64,000 bases of DNA, taken from Chloroflexota bacterium (GTDB lineage Bacteria; Chloroflexota; Limnocylindria; QHBO01). Positions 1 to 11,128 of the stretch are shown here, piece by piece. The first letter of the stretch is position 1, and each line of letters starts with the position of its first letter. The notes beneath the pieces are model-generated. The model did not search any database, was not told where the DNA came from, and was given only the letters and a program-made list of their open reading frames with translations. Both the position numbers and the translations under genes were made by a program. The DNA is taken from positions 8,039 to 72,038 of the forward strand of contig JBBDRZ010000006.1 in NCBI GenBank assembly GCA_040905185.1. The letters run 5' to 3'.

Positions 1-449
1 CGGCGGGCGGTCCGTTCCAGGAGGCGCTGACCCTCGGCCAGCTCGGTGCCGATCGCCAGACGAGCCCGTGCCTTGCGCACCAGGCGGTCGCTCCAGCTGG
101 CGACCTCGTCACGCCAGGCCTCCAGCGTGTACCGATGCCATCGGTTGCGGGTGAGCCGGACCCGCGCGCTCCAGCGGTCGTGGCGGCCGGCAATCATCCG
201 TACCTCGCGCCACTCGGGCTCATCGTCGGCCCGGATCAGGAGCGCCGCCCCGAGCAGGTCGTGGCCATCGACGATGATATCGGCGCTGACCGTCAGCCAA
301 TCGCCGACCACTCGCTTGGCCGGATAGCGGCCGGCGTCGAGCTCGGGCTCCACCCGCTCGATGACGATCGTCCGGGCGGTGCCGACCGCGTCGGGACCCG
401 GCTCGACGGCGGACCCCAGGCGGCGCAGGCTGGATCGGGTGGTCGTCAT
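1..449 (-). CDS. glgE: alpha-1,4-glucan:maltose-1-phosphate maltosyltransferase GlgE, N-terminal part (gene continues beyond window start)
   Basis: Reverse-strand translation from ATG ~449 gives MTTTRSSLRRLG...RIVIERVEPELDAGRYPAKRVVGDWLTVSADIIVDGHDLLGAALLIR..., matching the DUF3416/GlgE N-terminal domain as I recall it (YPAK..VVG...VSA.....GHD). No stop codon before the window edge. Confidence 0.5.
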   Translation of the reverse strand, partial: MTTTRSSLRRLGSAVEPGPDAVGTARTIVIERVEPELDAGRYPAKRVVGDWLTVSADIIVDGHDLLGAALLIRADDEPEWREVRMIAGRHDRWSARVRLTRNRWHRYTLEAWRDEVASWSDRLVRKARARLAIGTELAEGQRLLERTAR

Positions 450-495
450 GCGGGATCGAACCCTACCCCATCCGAGCGGGTAGGCTGTTCGCTCG

Positions 496-1761
496 ATGAC
501 TCATCCGTCCCGGCGCCGTCCGACCCCGCGCCGACTGGCCGTCGCCGTGGCGCTGGCCCTGCTGGCGGCCGCCTGCGGAACCCAATCACCGACCGCCTCG
601 CCGTCGTCAGGCCCGACGGTCACCGAGCCGTCACCCGCGCCGAGCCCAACTCCGGAGCCCACCCCGCCACGCCTCCGTTCCGGCCCGGACGCGCTTGCGG
701 TCGAGCCCATCGCCGGGCCCTTCGACTACCCCGTCGCCGTCACGAACGCCGGGGACGGATCAGAGCGCCTGTTCGTAGTGGAGCGCGTCGGCCGCATCCG
801 GATCGTCAACCCCGATGGGTCCGTGGCGCCCGAACCCTTCCTGGACATCGTCGCCCGCGTCCTATCCGGGGGCCAAGAGCAGGGCCTCCTCGGACTGGCG
901 TTCCACCCGCGCTACGAGGTCACGGGCCGCTTCTTCGTCAACTACACCCGGCAGCCGGACGGGGCCGACGTGATTGCCGAGTACCGCGTCTCGACCGCGG
1001 CCGGGGTCGCCGACCCCGCATCGGAGCGCGTCCTGCTGGCCATCCCCGACCCCGCGGCCAACCACAATGGCGGTGCGCTGGTCTTCGGCCCTGACGGCCA
1101 CCTGTACATCGCCCTCGGCGACGGCGGGGGGCAGAACGACCAGTTCGGCAACGCCCAGAACCTGAACAGCCTGCTCGGGAAGCTCCTCCGCATCGACGTC
1201 GATGGGACCCCCGCCGCGGGCCGCGCATACGCCATCCCCGCCGACAACCCGTTCGCGAACGGCGGCGGGGCGCCCGAGATCTGGGCCATCGGGATGCGGA
1301 ACCCGTGGCGCATCAGCTTCGACCGCGCGTGGCACGACCTGTACATCGGCGACGTGGGGGGAGGGAGCTGGGAGGAGATCGACCGCCAGCCACCCGATGC
1401 GGCGGGTGGGCTGAACTACGGCTGGCCGATCATGGAAGGGCGCCATTGCCTGGCCGGGAGCTGCACGATGACCGGCTACGTGCAACCTATCGCGGAGTAC
1501 AGCCATGACCTGGGGTGCTCGGTGATCGGCGGCCACGTGTACCGCGGTGAGGTCCACCCCGAGCTCCAGGGTGTCTACGTCTTTGGCGACTGGTGCAGCG
1601 GGCGGATCTTCACCCTCGACGTCGAGGGGGAGACGATAACCCCCAAGACGGTGCTGGAGAGCGGCCTCCAGGTCAGCTCGTTCGGCGAGGACGAGGCGGG
1701 TGAGATCTACCTGGTCGACTTTGCCGGCGGCGGGCTGTACCGGATCGCGGTTCCCGGCTGA
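496..1761 (+). CDS. PQQ-dependent sugar dehydrogenase (soluble glucose/sorbosone dehydrogenase family), lipoprotein
   Basis: Signal peptide with LAAAC lipobox followed by an S/T/P-rich linker. Beta-propeller GSDH-type motifs are present (PFDYPVAV, GLLGLAFHP, NHNGGALVFGPDGHLYIALGDGG, NPWRISFD, GGHVYRG). Confidence 0.8.
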   Translation: MTHPSRRRPTPRRLAVAVALALLAAACGTQSPTASPSSGPTVTEPSPAPSPTPEPTPPRLRSGPDALAVEPIAGPFDYPVAVTNAGDGSERLFVVERVGRIRIVNPDGSVAPEPFLDIVARVLSGGQEQGLLGLAFHPRYEVTGRFFVNYTRQPDGADVIAEYRVSTAAGVADPASERVLLAIPDPAANHNGGALVFGPDGHLYIALGDGGGQNDQFGNAQNLNSLLGKLLRIDVDGTPAAGRAYAIPADNPFANGGGAPEIWAIGMRNPWRISFDRAWHDLYIGDVGGGSWEEIDRQPPDAAGGLNYGWPIMEGRHCLAGSCTMTGYVQPIAEYSHDLGCSVIGGHVYRGEVHPELQGVYVFGDWCSGRIFTLDVEGETITPKTVLESGLQVSSFGEDEAGEIYLVDFAGGGLYRIAVPG

Positions 1762-1785
1762 CTGTCCACCGCACCGATGCAAGCG

Positions 1786-2388
1786 CTACAGCGCGCCGGC
1801 GGCCCGCAGGCTGACCCAGCGGTCGTGCCCGATGACCAGGTGATCGAGGAGCTCGATGTCCAGCAGCCGGCCGGCGTCCGCCAGGTCGGCCGTGATCCGC
1901 AGGTCGTCACCCGACGGAGATGGGTCCCCCGACGGATGGTTGTGCGCCACGATGACGGCCGCCGCCTGGCGGCGGATTGCCTCGCGGTACACCTCGCCGA
2001 TGCGGACCGGCGAACCGGCGAGGTTGCCGACATAGACCGTGGCCCGGCCCAGCACCACGTTGCGGGTATTCAACAGGCACACCAGCAGCTCCTCGCGATC
2101 CAGATGCCCCATCTCGGGGAGCAACCGCTCCGCGACGTCGGCGGGCGTGCGGACCCGCCAGCCCCGGGTCGGCCACCGCGCGACGGCCCGCCGGCCCAGC
2201 TCAAACGCCGCCGCCACGCAACCCGCTCGGCGCTGCCCGATCCCCGGCTGGAGCGACAGCTCCGCGGCGTGCAGGTACGGAAGCCGTTCCAGCCCATGGC
2301 GGTCGAGCAGGCCACGGGCCGTGGATAGGGCGTTCGGCCCGCCAAGCACCCGGGCCAGCAACTCGTCATCTCCCACGGCTGAGGTCAC
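1786..2388 (-). CDS. radC: RadC-like JAMM/MPN domain protein
   Basis: Conserved HNHPSG(D)PSPS and ELLDH motifs of the RadC/UPF0758 family. N-terminal HhH-like region. Confidence 0.85.
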   Translation of the reverse strand: MTSAVGDDELLARVLGGPNALSTARGLLDRHGLERLPYLHAAELSLQPGIGQRRAGCVAAAFELGRRAVARWPTRGWRVRTPADVAERLLPEMGHLDREELLVCLLNTRNVVLGRATVYVGNLAGSPVRIGEVYREAIRRQAAAVIVAHNHPSGDPSPSGDDLRITADLADAGRLLDIELLDHLVIGHDRWVSLRAAGAL

Positions 2389-2451
2389 GCCAGGCAGGGT
2401 CGCCCCGGGCGGTGCGCGGCGACTTACCAGCGAGTTATCAGAGGTGCCGGG

Positions 2452-3327
2452 TCAGACTCCAACCACGTACAGGACCGCGAGCGACAGGGAGTTGAACGCG
2501 ACATGCATCGCGATGACCAGCGGCAGGCTGCGCGTGATCACGTAGGCAGCGGCGAGGGCCAGGCCCAGCAGAAAGATGGGGGGAAGCGCCAGCAAGGTTC
2601 CCCCGGACACATGCGCCACCCCGAACAGCACGGCCGACCCAAGGACCGCGGCCCGGGTTCCGTGCTCACGTTCCCAGGCGTTGACCGCAACCCAGCGGAA
2701 GAAGAGCTCCTCGGCCACCGGGGTCAGGATCCCGATGATCCCGATCGCGACCAGCGGCGGCAGGGTGGACGCCAGGTTGGCAACCAGCTGGCTGTCGACC
2801 GGCTCCTCCCCGGTGACCTGTTTCACGAACCAGGCGAGGATCGCGGTCAGCGCCGCGGCCAGCACCCAGGCGACGGCGCCGAGGGCCAAGCCTCGGCCCA
2901 GGTTGCGGGCCGTCCTCGGGCCATCACCCAACCGCACGCCCGCCAAGGCGTGCGTGCGAAGGACGAAGAGGGCGGCGACCGCCCCGAAGACCAGCGGGGT
3001 GACCAGCAGGAGGGCGGTGACGGCCACTGGACCCGGATCCAACACGTCCTGCCCCGCGGCATACGCGGCCAGCAGGGGGATCAGCGACAGCAGGTTGGCA
3101 GCCGCCACCGCCAGAAAGAACATGAGAATGATGCTCGGCCCGCGGTAGCGCTCGGCCGGGAGGTGGCGCCGGGCCCAGACCCCCCGCAGGGCAAGCCAAC
3201 CCAGTCCGCCCAGCAACCCAGCCGCACCCCCCGTGGTGAGGACCCCCGGCAACAGCCAGTCGCGGGCCGTGGCGCCAAGGCTCGCGGCGTAGAAGAGCCA
3301 GGCCGCCCCGGCCAGGACCACGATCAA
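2452..3327 (-). CDS. CPBP family intramembrane glutamic endopeptidase (CAAX protease-like)
   Basis: Polytopic membrane protein carrying the EELFFR and FGxxH (FGVAHVSGG) motifs typical of Abi/CPBP proteases. Confidence 0.75.
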   Translation of the reverse strand: MIVVLAGAAWLFYAASLGATARDWLLPGVLTTGGAAGLLGGLGWLALRGVWARRHLPAERYRGPSIILMFFLAVAAANLLSLIPLLAAYAAGQDVLDPGPVAVTALLLVTPLVFGAVAALFVLRTHALAGVRLGDGPRTARNLGRGLALGAVAWVLAAALTAILAWFVKQVTGEEPVDSQLVANLASTLPPLVAIGIIGILTPVAEELFFRWVAVNAWEREHGTRAAVLGSAVLFGVAHVSGGTLLALPPIFLLGLALAAAYVITRSLPLVIAMHVAFNSLSLAVLYVVGV

Positions 3328-3470
3328 GCCCAGCCCGGCGACGACCCACGCTGGCCATGCGGGGGGCAGCCGGACCGGCGGTCCGGCGAAGGGCGACTGA
3401 GCGAAGGGGGGGTCAGCGACGGGCGGCTCAGCCGCCGATGGGACGTTGACCCCCTCGTTGACCGGGTCGG

Positions 3471-4058
3471 TCAGGGGTTGGGTGCCGCCTGGGGGACAGC
3501 GCCCTTCTCAGGTCCGTAATCCGCTGCGCGCTCATCGGTCGCCATCGCCGCCGCTCGGGCGCGCGCGGGCGCCGGACGGGCGCGACTCGGCAGCTCCGTG
3601 CCGCAGAAGGCGCAAATCGACCAGGCCGGCTCGGTCAGCCGCTGACAGGCCGGGCAGATCCGGTGCAGCCGCGTGCGACAGCTGGGGCACACGATCCAGT
3701 CCTCGGCGACCCGGGCGCGACACGTCGGGCAGCTCCGGTGCTTCTCCATCTCCGCCAGCAGGGACTCCTCGGCCAGCGAGCGCTCGTATACCTCGGCCAT
3801 CGTCTCGCGGGGCCGGATGATGATGTACATCAGCCACGCGAACAGGAATACGAGCGGGGTGAAGAAGATGATCAGGGCCGACGCGAAGTAGGGCAGGATC
3901 GGATTCTCGGTCCGCGCCTGCATGTCGCGGAAGGCCCAGTACGCGGTGCCCAGCCAGAGCATCACCACGTAGATGACGATCAGGGTTGCTGCCAGCTGGA
4001 CGACCGGGTTGCTGGTGAAGTCGCTCCAGATCTGGCCTGGGTCCGGCAGACCTTCCAT
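3471..4058 (-). CDS. membrane protein with C-terminal double zinc ribbon
   Basis: Start trimmed to MEGLPDPGQIW (an RBS-like GGAG lies upstream); the longer ORF-track start at 4373 is an Arg/Ala-rich extension. Two N-terminal TM helices are followed by CPTC..CPSC and CPAC..CAFC zinc-ribbon pairs. Confidence 0.5.
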   Translation of the reverse strand: MEGLPDPGQIWSDFTSNPVVQLAATLIVIYVVMLWLGTAYWAFRDMQARTENPILPYFASALIIFFTPLVFLFAWLMYIIIRPRETMAEVYERSLAEESLLAEMEKHRSCPTCRARVAEDWIVCPSCRTRLHRICPACQRLTEPAWSICAFCGTELPSRARPAPARARAAAMATDERAADYGPEKGAVPQAAPNP

Positions 4059-4279
4059 TCGCCGATGCCTCACTCCTGGGGGAACGCGGTGCGCGGTGCA
4101 CCGCACCTGGGCGCACCAAAACGCGCGGGTCATCCTAGCAGATGACCATCGGCGTCCCTCCGGCGACCATCGGCCCGCCGGAAGTCCGGGGCAGGTACTG
4201 CACCAGACCGCACCTGCGCCGCGAATGGCATTGTCGGTCGCACATCTCCCGCACCACCTGACGATCAGGTGATGGCCGT

Positions 4280-6034
<1,755 letters not shown>

Positions 6035-6041
6035 ATCTGCC

Positions 6042-6806
6042 TCAGCCCCCCGCCAACCGGGTGACGGAGCCGATGGCGCCGATGAGCCCCGACAGGAAAC
6101 CGATGAGCCCTGCCGGCGACAGCCCACGCAAGAGCGCGATGAGGTCGTCCCCCAGCCCCGAGCCGATCTCCACCAGCACGAATAGGATGGCCACGGCCGC
6201 GCACCACGCGAAGGCGATCCCAAGGCCGATCCGTTGGGGCCGGCCCGGCGCGCCTCGAACGATTCCCACGCCGGCCAGGACCAGCAGCAGCCCAACCGCC
6301 ACCGGCAAGGGAGCAGCCACCCCGAAGTAGATCGTCTGCAGCAGGCCGGCATCGGCGGGATACGCGGACCAGAAGGCGAGCCCGTAGCCGCCCGGACCCA
6401 GCGCCTGGTCGGCCAACGAGCCCTCGGCCAACGAGAACGGCAGGAACCAGGCGGTCGCCAGGCCGACGGCGGAGATGGTGAGGACGATCGGCCCTAACCA
6501 GGCGCGGACTGGTCGCCGTGTTGCGGACACCGCCGCCTCGGGACGTGGAGCGGTGCCGTCGGCGGCCAGCGGAGCGGCGGCCGGGGTCATCGCGGGACGG
6601 ATGTTGAATCCGCACTCCGAGCAGAACGCGGATCCCGAACGGTTGAGGGCGCCGCAGCGCGGGCAGGGCGCCGATTCGGCGGCGGAACCCGGGCGGCTCA
6701 TCGTGGCTTCTTCTGCGGCCACCAGCCGCTGCCCGCAGTTGGCACAGAACGAGACCCCCGGCAGGTTCGTGGTTCCGCAGCGGCGGCAGGCGGAGGCGTC
6801 GGTCAT
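6042..6806 (-). CDS. membrane protein with N-terminal double zinc ribbon
   Basis: CRRCG..CANCG and CPRCG..CSECG ribbons, followed by about four TM helices. The 4-nt overlap (ATGA) with the upstream mgtC gene implies an operon. Confidence 0.55.
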   Translation of the reverse strand: MTDASACRRCGTTNLPGVSFCANCGQRLVAAEEATMSRPGSAAESAPCPRCGALNRSGSAFCSECGFNIRPAMTPAAAPLAADGTAPRPEAAVSATRRPVRAWLGPIVLTISAVGLATAWFLPFSLAEGSLADQALGPGGYGLAFWSAYPADAGLLQTIYFGVAAPLPVAVGLLLVLAGVGIVRGAPGRPQRIGLGIAFAWCAAVAILFVLVEIGSGLGDDLIALLRGLSPAGLIGFLSGLIGAIGSVTRLAGG

Positions 6807-7297
6807 CGGACGTCCTCTCCGTGCTCCTCTGGCTGGGCCTCAGGCGCGGCCGGCAGCATGCCGGCGTCTCGGGCCGCATCGGCCAGTCGATCCATCAGCC
6901 ATAGCGCCACCAGCACCAGCGCGGCGCTCAGGAACGCCAGCACGTACAGGCCGGCGCCGGCAGCCATGCCGACCGCGGCCACCGCCCACAGGGAGGCGGC
7001 CGTCGTCAGGCCCCGCACGCTGCCCCGGTAGTGGAGGATGGTGCCAGCTCCGATGAACCCGATGCCGGACACGATCTGGGCCGCGATCCGGGTCGGATCG
7101 GCACCTTCGAACCCGTATGCACTCACGATCGTGAACAGGGCGGCGCCGAGCGCAACCAGGCTGTGGGTCCGGAAGCCGGCCGCCTGCCGGTGATACTCCC
7201 GCTCGAGGCCGATCAACGCGCCAAGTCCCAGGCTCATCCCCAGGCGCAGGGCCAACTCGATCTGGAGGGCGACCGGCAAGTCGGGTGTTATGTCCAT
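6803..7297 (-). CDS. mgtC: MgtC/SapB family protein
   Basis: Matches the MgtC core (LGLGALIGLEREYHRQAAGFRTHSLVALGAALFT...QIVSGIGFIGAGTIL). Confidence 0.85.
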   Translation of the reverse strand: MDITPDLPVALQIELALRLGMSLGLGALIGLEREYHRQAAGFRTHSLVALGAALFTIVSAYGFEGADPTRIAAQIVSGIGFIGAGTILHYRGSVRGLTTAASLWAVAAVGMAAGAGLYVLAFLSAALVLVALWLMDRLADAARDAGMLPAAPEAQPEEHGEDVR

Positions 7298-7301
7298 CGG
7301 C

Positions 7302-8144
7302 TCAACGCTCCGCTCGTGGCGCCAGCTCCTCGGTCCACCACGCCGAGATCCAGGCCTGGACGACTCCGGCCAGGATCACGAGCAGGAGCCAGATCCACAC
7401 GAAGCCTAGCAGGAGGATGGGGGTCGAAGGCTCGGACAGACCACCCTCCGCCAGCCGCCTGGAGAGCGGCTGCCACACCGCGCTGAGTGCGACCACCGTG
7501 AGCAGCTGGCCGACCAGGAACGCGGCCATGGTCAGCATCGCCTGGGGAATGACCCGATGCGCCCTCTGTCGCAGCGTCGCCAGCGCGAGGCGCCATGGCA
7601 GCCGCAGGGCCAGCGCACCCCAGGCCTGGGCCACGGATGCCGCGGCGGCGAACGCGAGCAGGGCCGGCCAGATGATTCCCATCACTCGAACCAGGTACGG
7701 CGTGGCGGGGTCGGGCCGGCCGAACGCCTCGAGGAAGGCGGGCGCCAGGGCCCACAGCAGCACGGCGGCCAGGATCACGACCGGGACGGCGGCCAGCCCC
7801 AGCCTGCCCGCGGCACGTGGCACGCTCAATGGAACACCGTACCGGTTGTCGGAGAGCCTCATCAGGAGGGCCACCTCTCCGAAGGCAACCGCCAGCAGCA
7901 TGGTCCCCAATCCGGACAGCACCGCGACCACCAGGGCGACCGCGTTCCAGGGCCACCACGGGCTGGCCGCCAAGCGCACCCCGAAGAACAGCGCGTCGCC
8001 CTCGTCGGGCGGGGAGGCGACGACCGCCAAGAACACGGCCCAACCCGCGAACGCGAACGAGACCATGGCGCCGGGGACCCACAGCTCGGCCCGACGGGTC
8101 GCCACGCGGGCGGCAGCCAGCCCGCCGCCCAGCCAGTCGCGCAC
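7302..8144 (-). CDS. hypothetical polytopic membrane protein
   Basis: Six to eight hydrophobic helices; no motif I recognise. The stop lies 5 nt upstream of the mgtC start, so it is in the same operon. Confidence 0.45.
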   Translation of the reverse strand: MRDWLGGGLAAARVATRRAELWVPGAMVSFAFAGWAVFLAVVASPPDEGDALFFGVRLAASPWWPWNAVALVVAVLSGLGTMLLAVAFGEVALLMRLSDNRYGVPLSVPRAAGRLGLAAVPVVILAAVLLWALAPAFLEAFGRPDPATPYLVRVMGIIWPALLAFAAAASVAQAWGALALRLPWRLALATLRQRAHRVIPQAMLTMAAFLVGQLLTVVALSAVWQPLSRRLAEGGLSEPSTPILLLGFVWIWLLLVILAGVVQAWISAWWTEELAPRAER

Positions 8145-8155
8145 CGGGGCGCGGC

Positions 8156-11113
8156 CTAGGGGCTGGGTGACGGAGGCGGAGAGCCGGTCAGCTCCGCGAT
8201 GCGGTCCAGGACGCGGCCCATCTCGTCCACCGCGTCCTGGTACGCGCCCAGGTCACCGGTGGCCAGCGCCGCCTGGGCGTCGTCGTACAGGTCCTGGGCC
8301 AGCGCGATCAGCTCCGCGACATCGTCGGGCAGAGCCCCGCCACCACCGCCACCGTCGTCGCCGCCCGGTTCCGGGATCTCCGATTCGCCCAGGAGCTGGC
8401 GCAGCGCCTCGTCGATGGTCTCCGCAAAGGCGATCCGGGTCTGGTCGGTCAAGATCACGCGCTTGAACTCGGGGAAGCTGGCCTGCGTGGAGCGCAGGTA
8501 GATTGGCTCGACGTACAGGATCGAGTCACCCATCGGCAGCACCAGCAGGTCGCCGCGCACCACCTCGGACCCAGCCTGGCTCCATAGCGTGAACTGGGCG
8601 CTGATCCGCGAGTCCTGGTTGATGCGGGCCTGGATCTGGGACGGCCCCTGGGTCGTGGTGTCGACCGGGAAGCGGAACTCGATCCGCTCGCCGTACACCC
8701 CGGGGTCCATCCGGGCTGCGACCCAGGAGATCATGTTGGGCCGGCTGGCAGCAACCAGGGGCTGGATCAGGACGAATTCCCCGGTCTCCTCGCCGGGGAC
8801 CTTCATGATCACGTAGTACGGCTCCACCAGCCGCCCCTCGCCGGCGACTTCGGTCTGCTGGGTCGGGAACGACCAGCGGTCCTCCTGGTTGTAGAACGTG
8901 CCGGCCCCCGCTTCGGTCGGGGCGATGTGGTACAGCAGGTAGGCCGTGTTCTGGGCGGTGAACAGGTCCTCCGGGTACCGCAGGTGGGCAACCAGGGATT
9001 CCGGCATGGCGTCCAGCGGCTCGAACAGGCCCGGGAAGATCCGGCCCCAGGCGGCGATGATCGGATCGTCCTCGTCGGCCACGAAGAAGCGCATTTCGCC
9101 GGTGTAGGCGTCGACGACCACCTTGACCGCGTTGCGGACGTAGTTCGCCCCGCCAAAGGCCGTCTCGGCGGGAAGCGGCTGGGCGTTCGGGTATCGGTCC
9201 GACGTCGTGTAGGCGTCCCAGATCCATGCCAGGCGGCCATCGGCGGTGACCAGGTATGGGTCGCGGTCGTAGGTCAGGAAGGGAGCCAGCTCCGGGACCC
9301 GTTGCGTGATGGCGCGGCGAAACAGCATGGCGGAGTCGCTCGTCAGCTGGTCGCTGATGAGAAGGTTCAGGTCGCCGAACCGAATCGCGAACAGGAGGCG
9401 CGACAGGACGTTGTCGACCCGCACCCCCGCGGTGCCGGCCCAGGAGGTCGTTTCGCCTCCTTCGTCACCCAGGGGGTAGTCGAATTCATCGGTCTGGGTC
9501 CGGACCACCACGTAGTCGTCGGTCAACTCGCCGAAGTAAAGCCGCGGCTCGCCGATCGGCAGCTCGGGATTGCGGTTGATGCCGCTGATCAGGTAGTCGG
9601 GCTGGCCCTCGGGGGTGATGGCGTTGGACACCACCGCGGTCAGGCCGTAGCCGTGCGTGAACACCAGCCGCTCGTTGGTCCAGGTCCGGGCCGCATCGGC
9701 CAGGCGGTCGATCTCGATCTCCCGGCCGGACAACATCAGCTGGCGCTGCTCGCCATCGATCTCGTATCGGTCGATGTCGACGTCGTGGAAGTTGTAGTAC
9801 TGGCGCAGGATCTGCTGCTGGCCGAAGGTCACCAGCAGCGGCCGGTAGTCCCACAGGCGCAGGTTGTTGAGGGTCTCGGGGTTGTCGTCGAACAGGGCCC
9901 GGCTGGGACGCTGCTCGCCGGTGAACTCGCGCAGCTCAATCGCGTCCAGGTCATAGGCGGCCCGTGTGGCCGCCAGGTGGCGCTCGATGTAGACCCGCTC
10001 TCGGTCGAGCTCGTTGGGCTCAACCGTGAAGCGCTGGACGATGCCCGGATAGAAGCCGCCCACGAGCAGCGACAGCACGAACCACGCGCCCGCAGCCAGG
10101 CCAATCAGCCACAGGGTCCGGAACCAGATGTTGGCCACCAACAGCCCGGCCGACACGAGGGCCACCCCGGTCAGGATGAGATAGGCCGGGGCCTGGGCGT
10201 TGAGGTCGGTGTACATCGCCGCCTGGACCGTGCCGCCGATGCCCCGCGTCGAGTACGCCAGCTCGGCGGTGTCGAGCTGGTAGCCGGCAGCGATGGCCAC
10301 TAGCAGGGCGGCACCCAGCAGGCTGAGGTGGACGCGGACGGGCGCCGTGAGCTGGAACGACCACCGGGTGGCCGACACCGCGTAGGCCCCAACCGTCAGA
10401 CCGATGATGACCGCCAGCGCGGTGACCACCCAGCCCTGGACGAAGCGCCAGAAGGGCAGGTCGAAGATGTAGAAGCCGATGTCGCGGCCGAAGGCCGCGT
10501 CGGTGGTCCCGAAGTCCCCGCCGTTGAAGAACAGCAGCAGGGTCTGCCAGTTGCCGCCCCAGGCGAGGGCGCTGACAAACCCGCCCACCACGGTCAGCGC
10601 CACCAGCAGGATCCCCACCGGGCGTGACAGGTCGGGTATTTCCACCGACCCGACCCGGCGGACCGGCACCTGGGGACCGAGCCGGCCGGCGACCCACAGG
10701 CTGAGCAGGGCGGGGATCGTGAACAACGCCAGTCCGGCGAGGAACCAGCCTAAATGCGCCACGAAGCGCGTCAGCAGGACGTCGCGGCGCCCCAGGGCGT
10801 CGTACCAGGCCAGGTCCGTGAACAGCTCGACCAGGCCGCCGAGGAGCTGGAGCAGCACGAACGCGCCCACCAGGAAGAGCGCCGGGCGTGTCCAGTTGCC
10901 GGGAGGACGATTCGGCTGGCCGCGCCGGCGGCGGACGCGTCGGAGAGGGGGCGGCACGTCGCCGCCATCGTCATCCGGGATCTGCTCTTCCGGCGGCCCC
11001 ACTGGGTCGCGGGGCGGGAGAGGACGCCCCTCGCGGGCGTAGTCCTGCTCCATCTGTCGGCGCTGCATCTCTTCGAGCAGCTTGTCGAACCAGCTGGACA
11101 TCGGTCCGCCCAT
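8156..11113 (-). CDS. UPF0182 family membrane protein (~985 aa)
   Basis: The size, N-terminal multi-TM region, large C-terminal soluble part and acidic-then-basic N-terminus match the actinobacterial UPF0182 family (for example Rv3193c) as I remember it. A possible alternative start is MSSWFDK at 11101. Confidence 0.65.
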   Translation of the reverse strand: MGGPMSSWFDKLLEEMQRRQMEQDYAREGRPLPPRDPVGPPEEQIPDDDGGDVPPPLRRVRRRRGQPNRPPGNWTRPALFLVGAFVLLQLLGGLVELFTDLAWYDALGRRDVLLTRFVAHLGWFLAGLALFTIPALLSLWVAGRLGPQVPVRRVGSVEIPDLSRPVGILLVALTVVGGFVSALAWGGNWQTLLLFFNGGDFGTTDAAFGRDIGFYIFDLPFWRFVQGWVVTALAVIIGLTVGAYAVSATRWSFQLTAPVRVHLSLLGAALLVAIAAGYQLDTAELAYSTRGIGGTVQAAMYTDLNAQAPAYLILTGVALVSAGLLVANIWFRTLWLIGLAAGAWFVLSLLVGGFYPGIVQRFTVEPNELDRERVYIERHLAATRAAYDLDAIELREFTGEQRPSRALFDDNPETLNNLRLWDYRPLLVTFGQQQILRQYYNFHDVDIDRYEIDGEQRQLMLSGREIEIDRLADAARTWTNERLVFTHGYGLTAVVSNAITPEGQPDYLISGINRNPELPIGEPRLYFGELTDDYVVVRTQTDEFDYPLGDEGGETTSWAGTAGVRVDNVLSRLLFAIRFGDLNLLISDQLTSDSAMLFRRAITQRVPELAPFLTYDRDPYLVTADGRLAWIWDAYTTSDRYPNAQPLPAETAFGGANYVRNAVKVVVDAYTGEMRFFVADEDDPIIAAWGRIFPGLFEPLDAMPESLVAHLRYPEDLFTAQNTAYLLYHIAPTEAGAGTFYNQEDRWSFPTQQTEVAGEGRLVEPYYVIMKVPGEETGEFVLIQPLVAASRPNMISWVAARMDPGVYGERIEFRFPVDTTTQGPSQIQARINQDSRISAQFTLWSQAGSEVVRGDLLVLPMGDSILYVEPIYLRSTQASFPEFKRVILTDQTRIAFAETIDEALRQLLGESEIPEPGGDDGGGGGGALPDDVAELIALAQDLYDDAQAALATGDLGAYQDAVDEMGRVLDRIAELTGSPPPSPSP

Positions 11114-11128
11114 CCTACGGCGGATCGG

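Noticed and set aside
862-1782. 306-aa minus-strand ORF antisense to the PQQ dehydrogenase gene
   Set aside because: Entirely inside a well-supported plus-strand gene. Arg/Ala/Gly-rich composition typical of spurious high-GC antisense ORFs.
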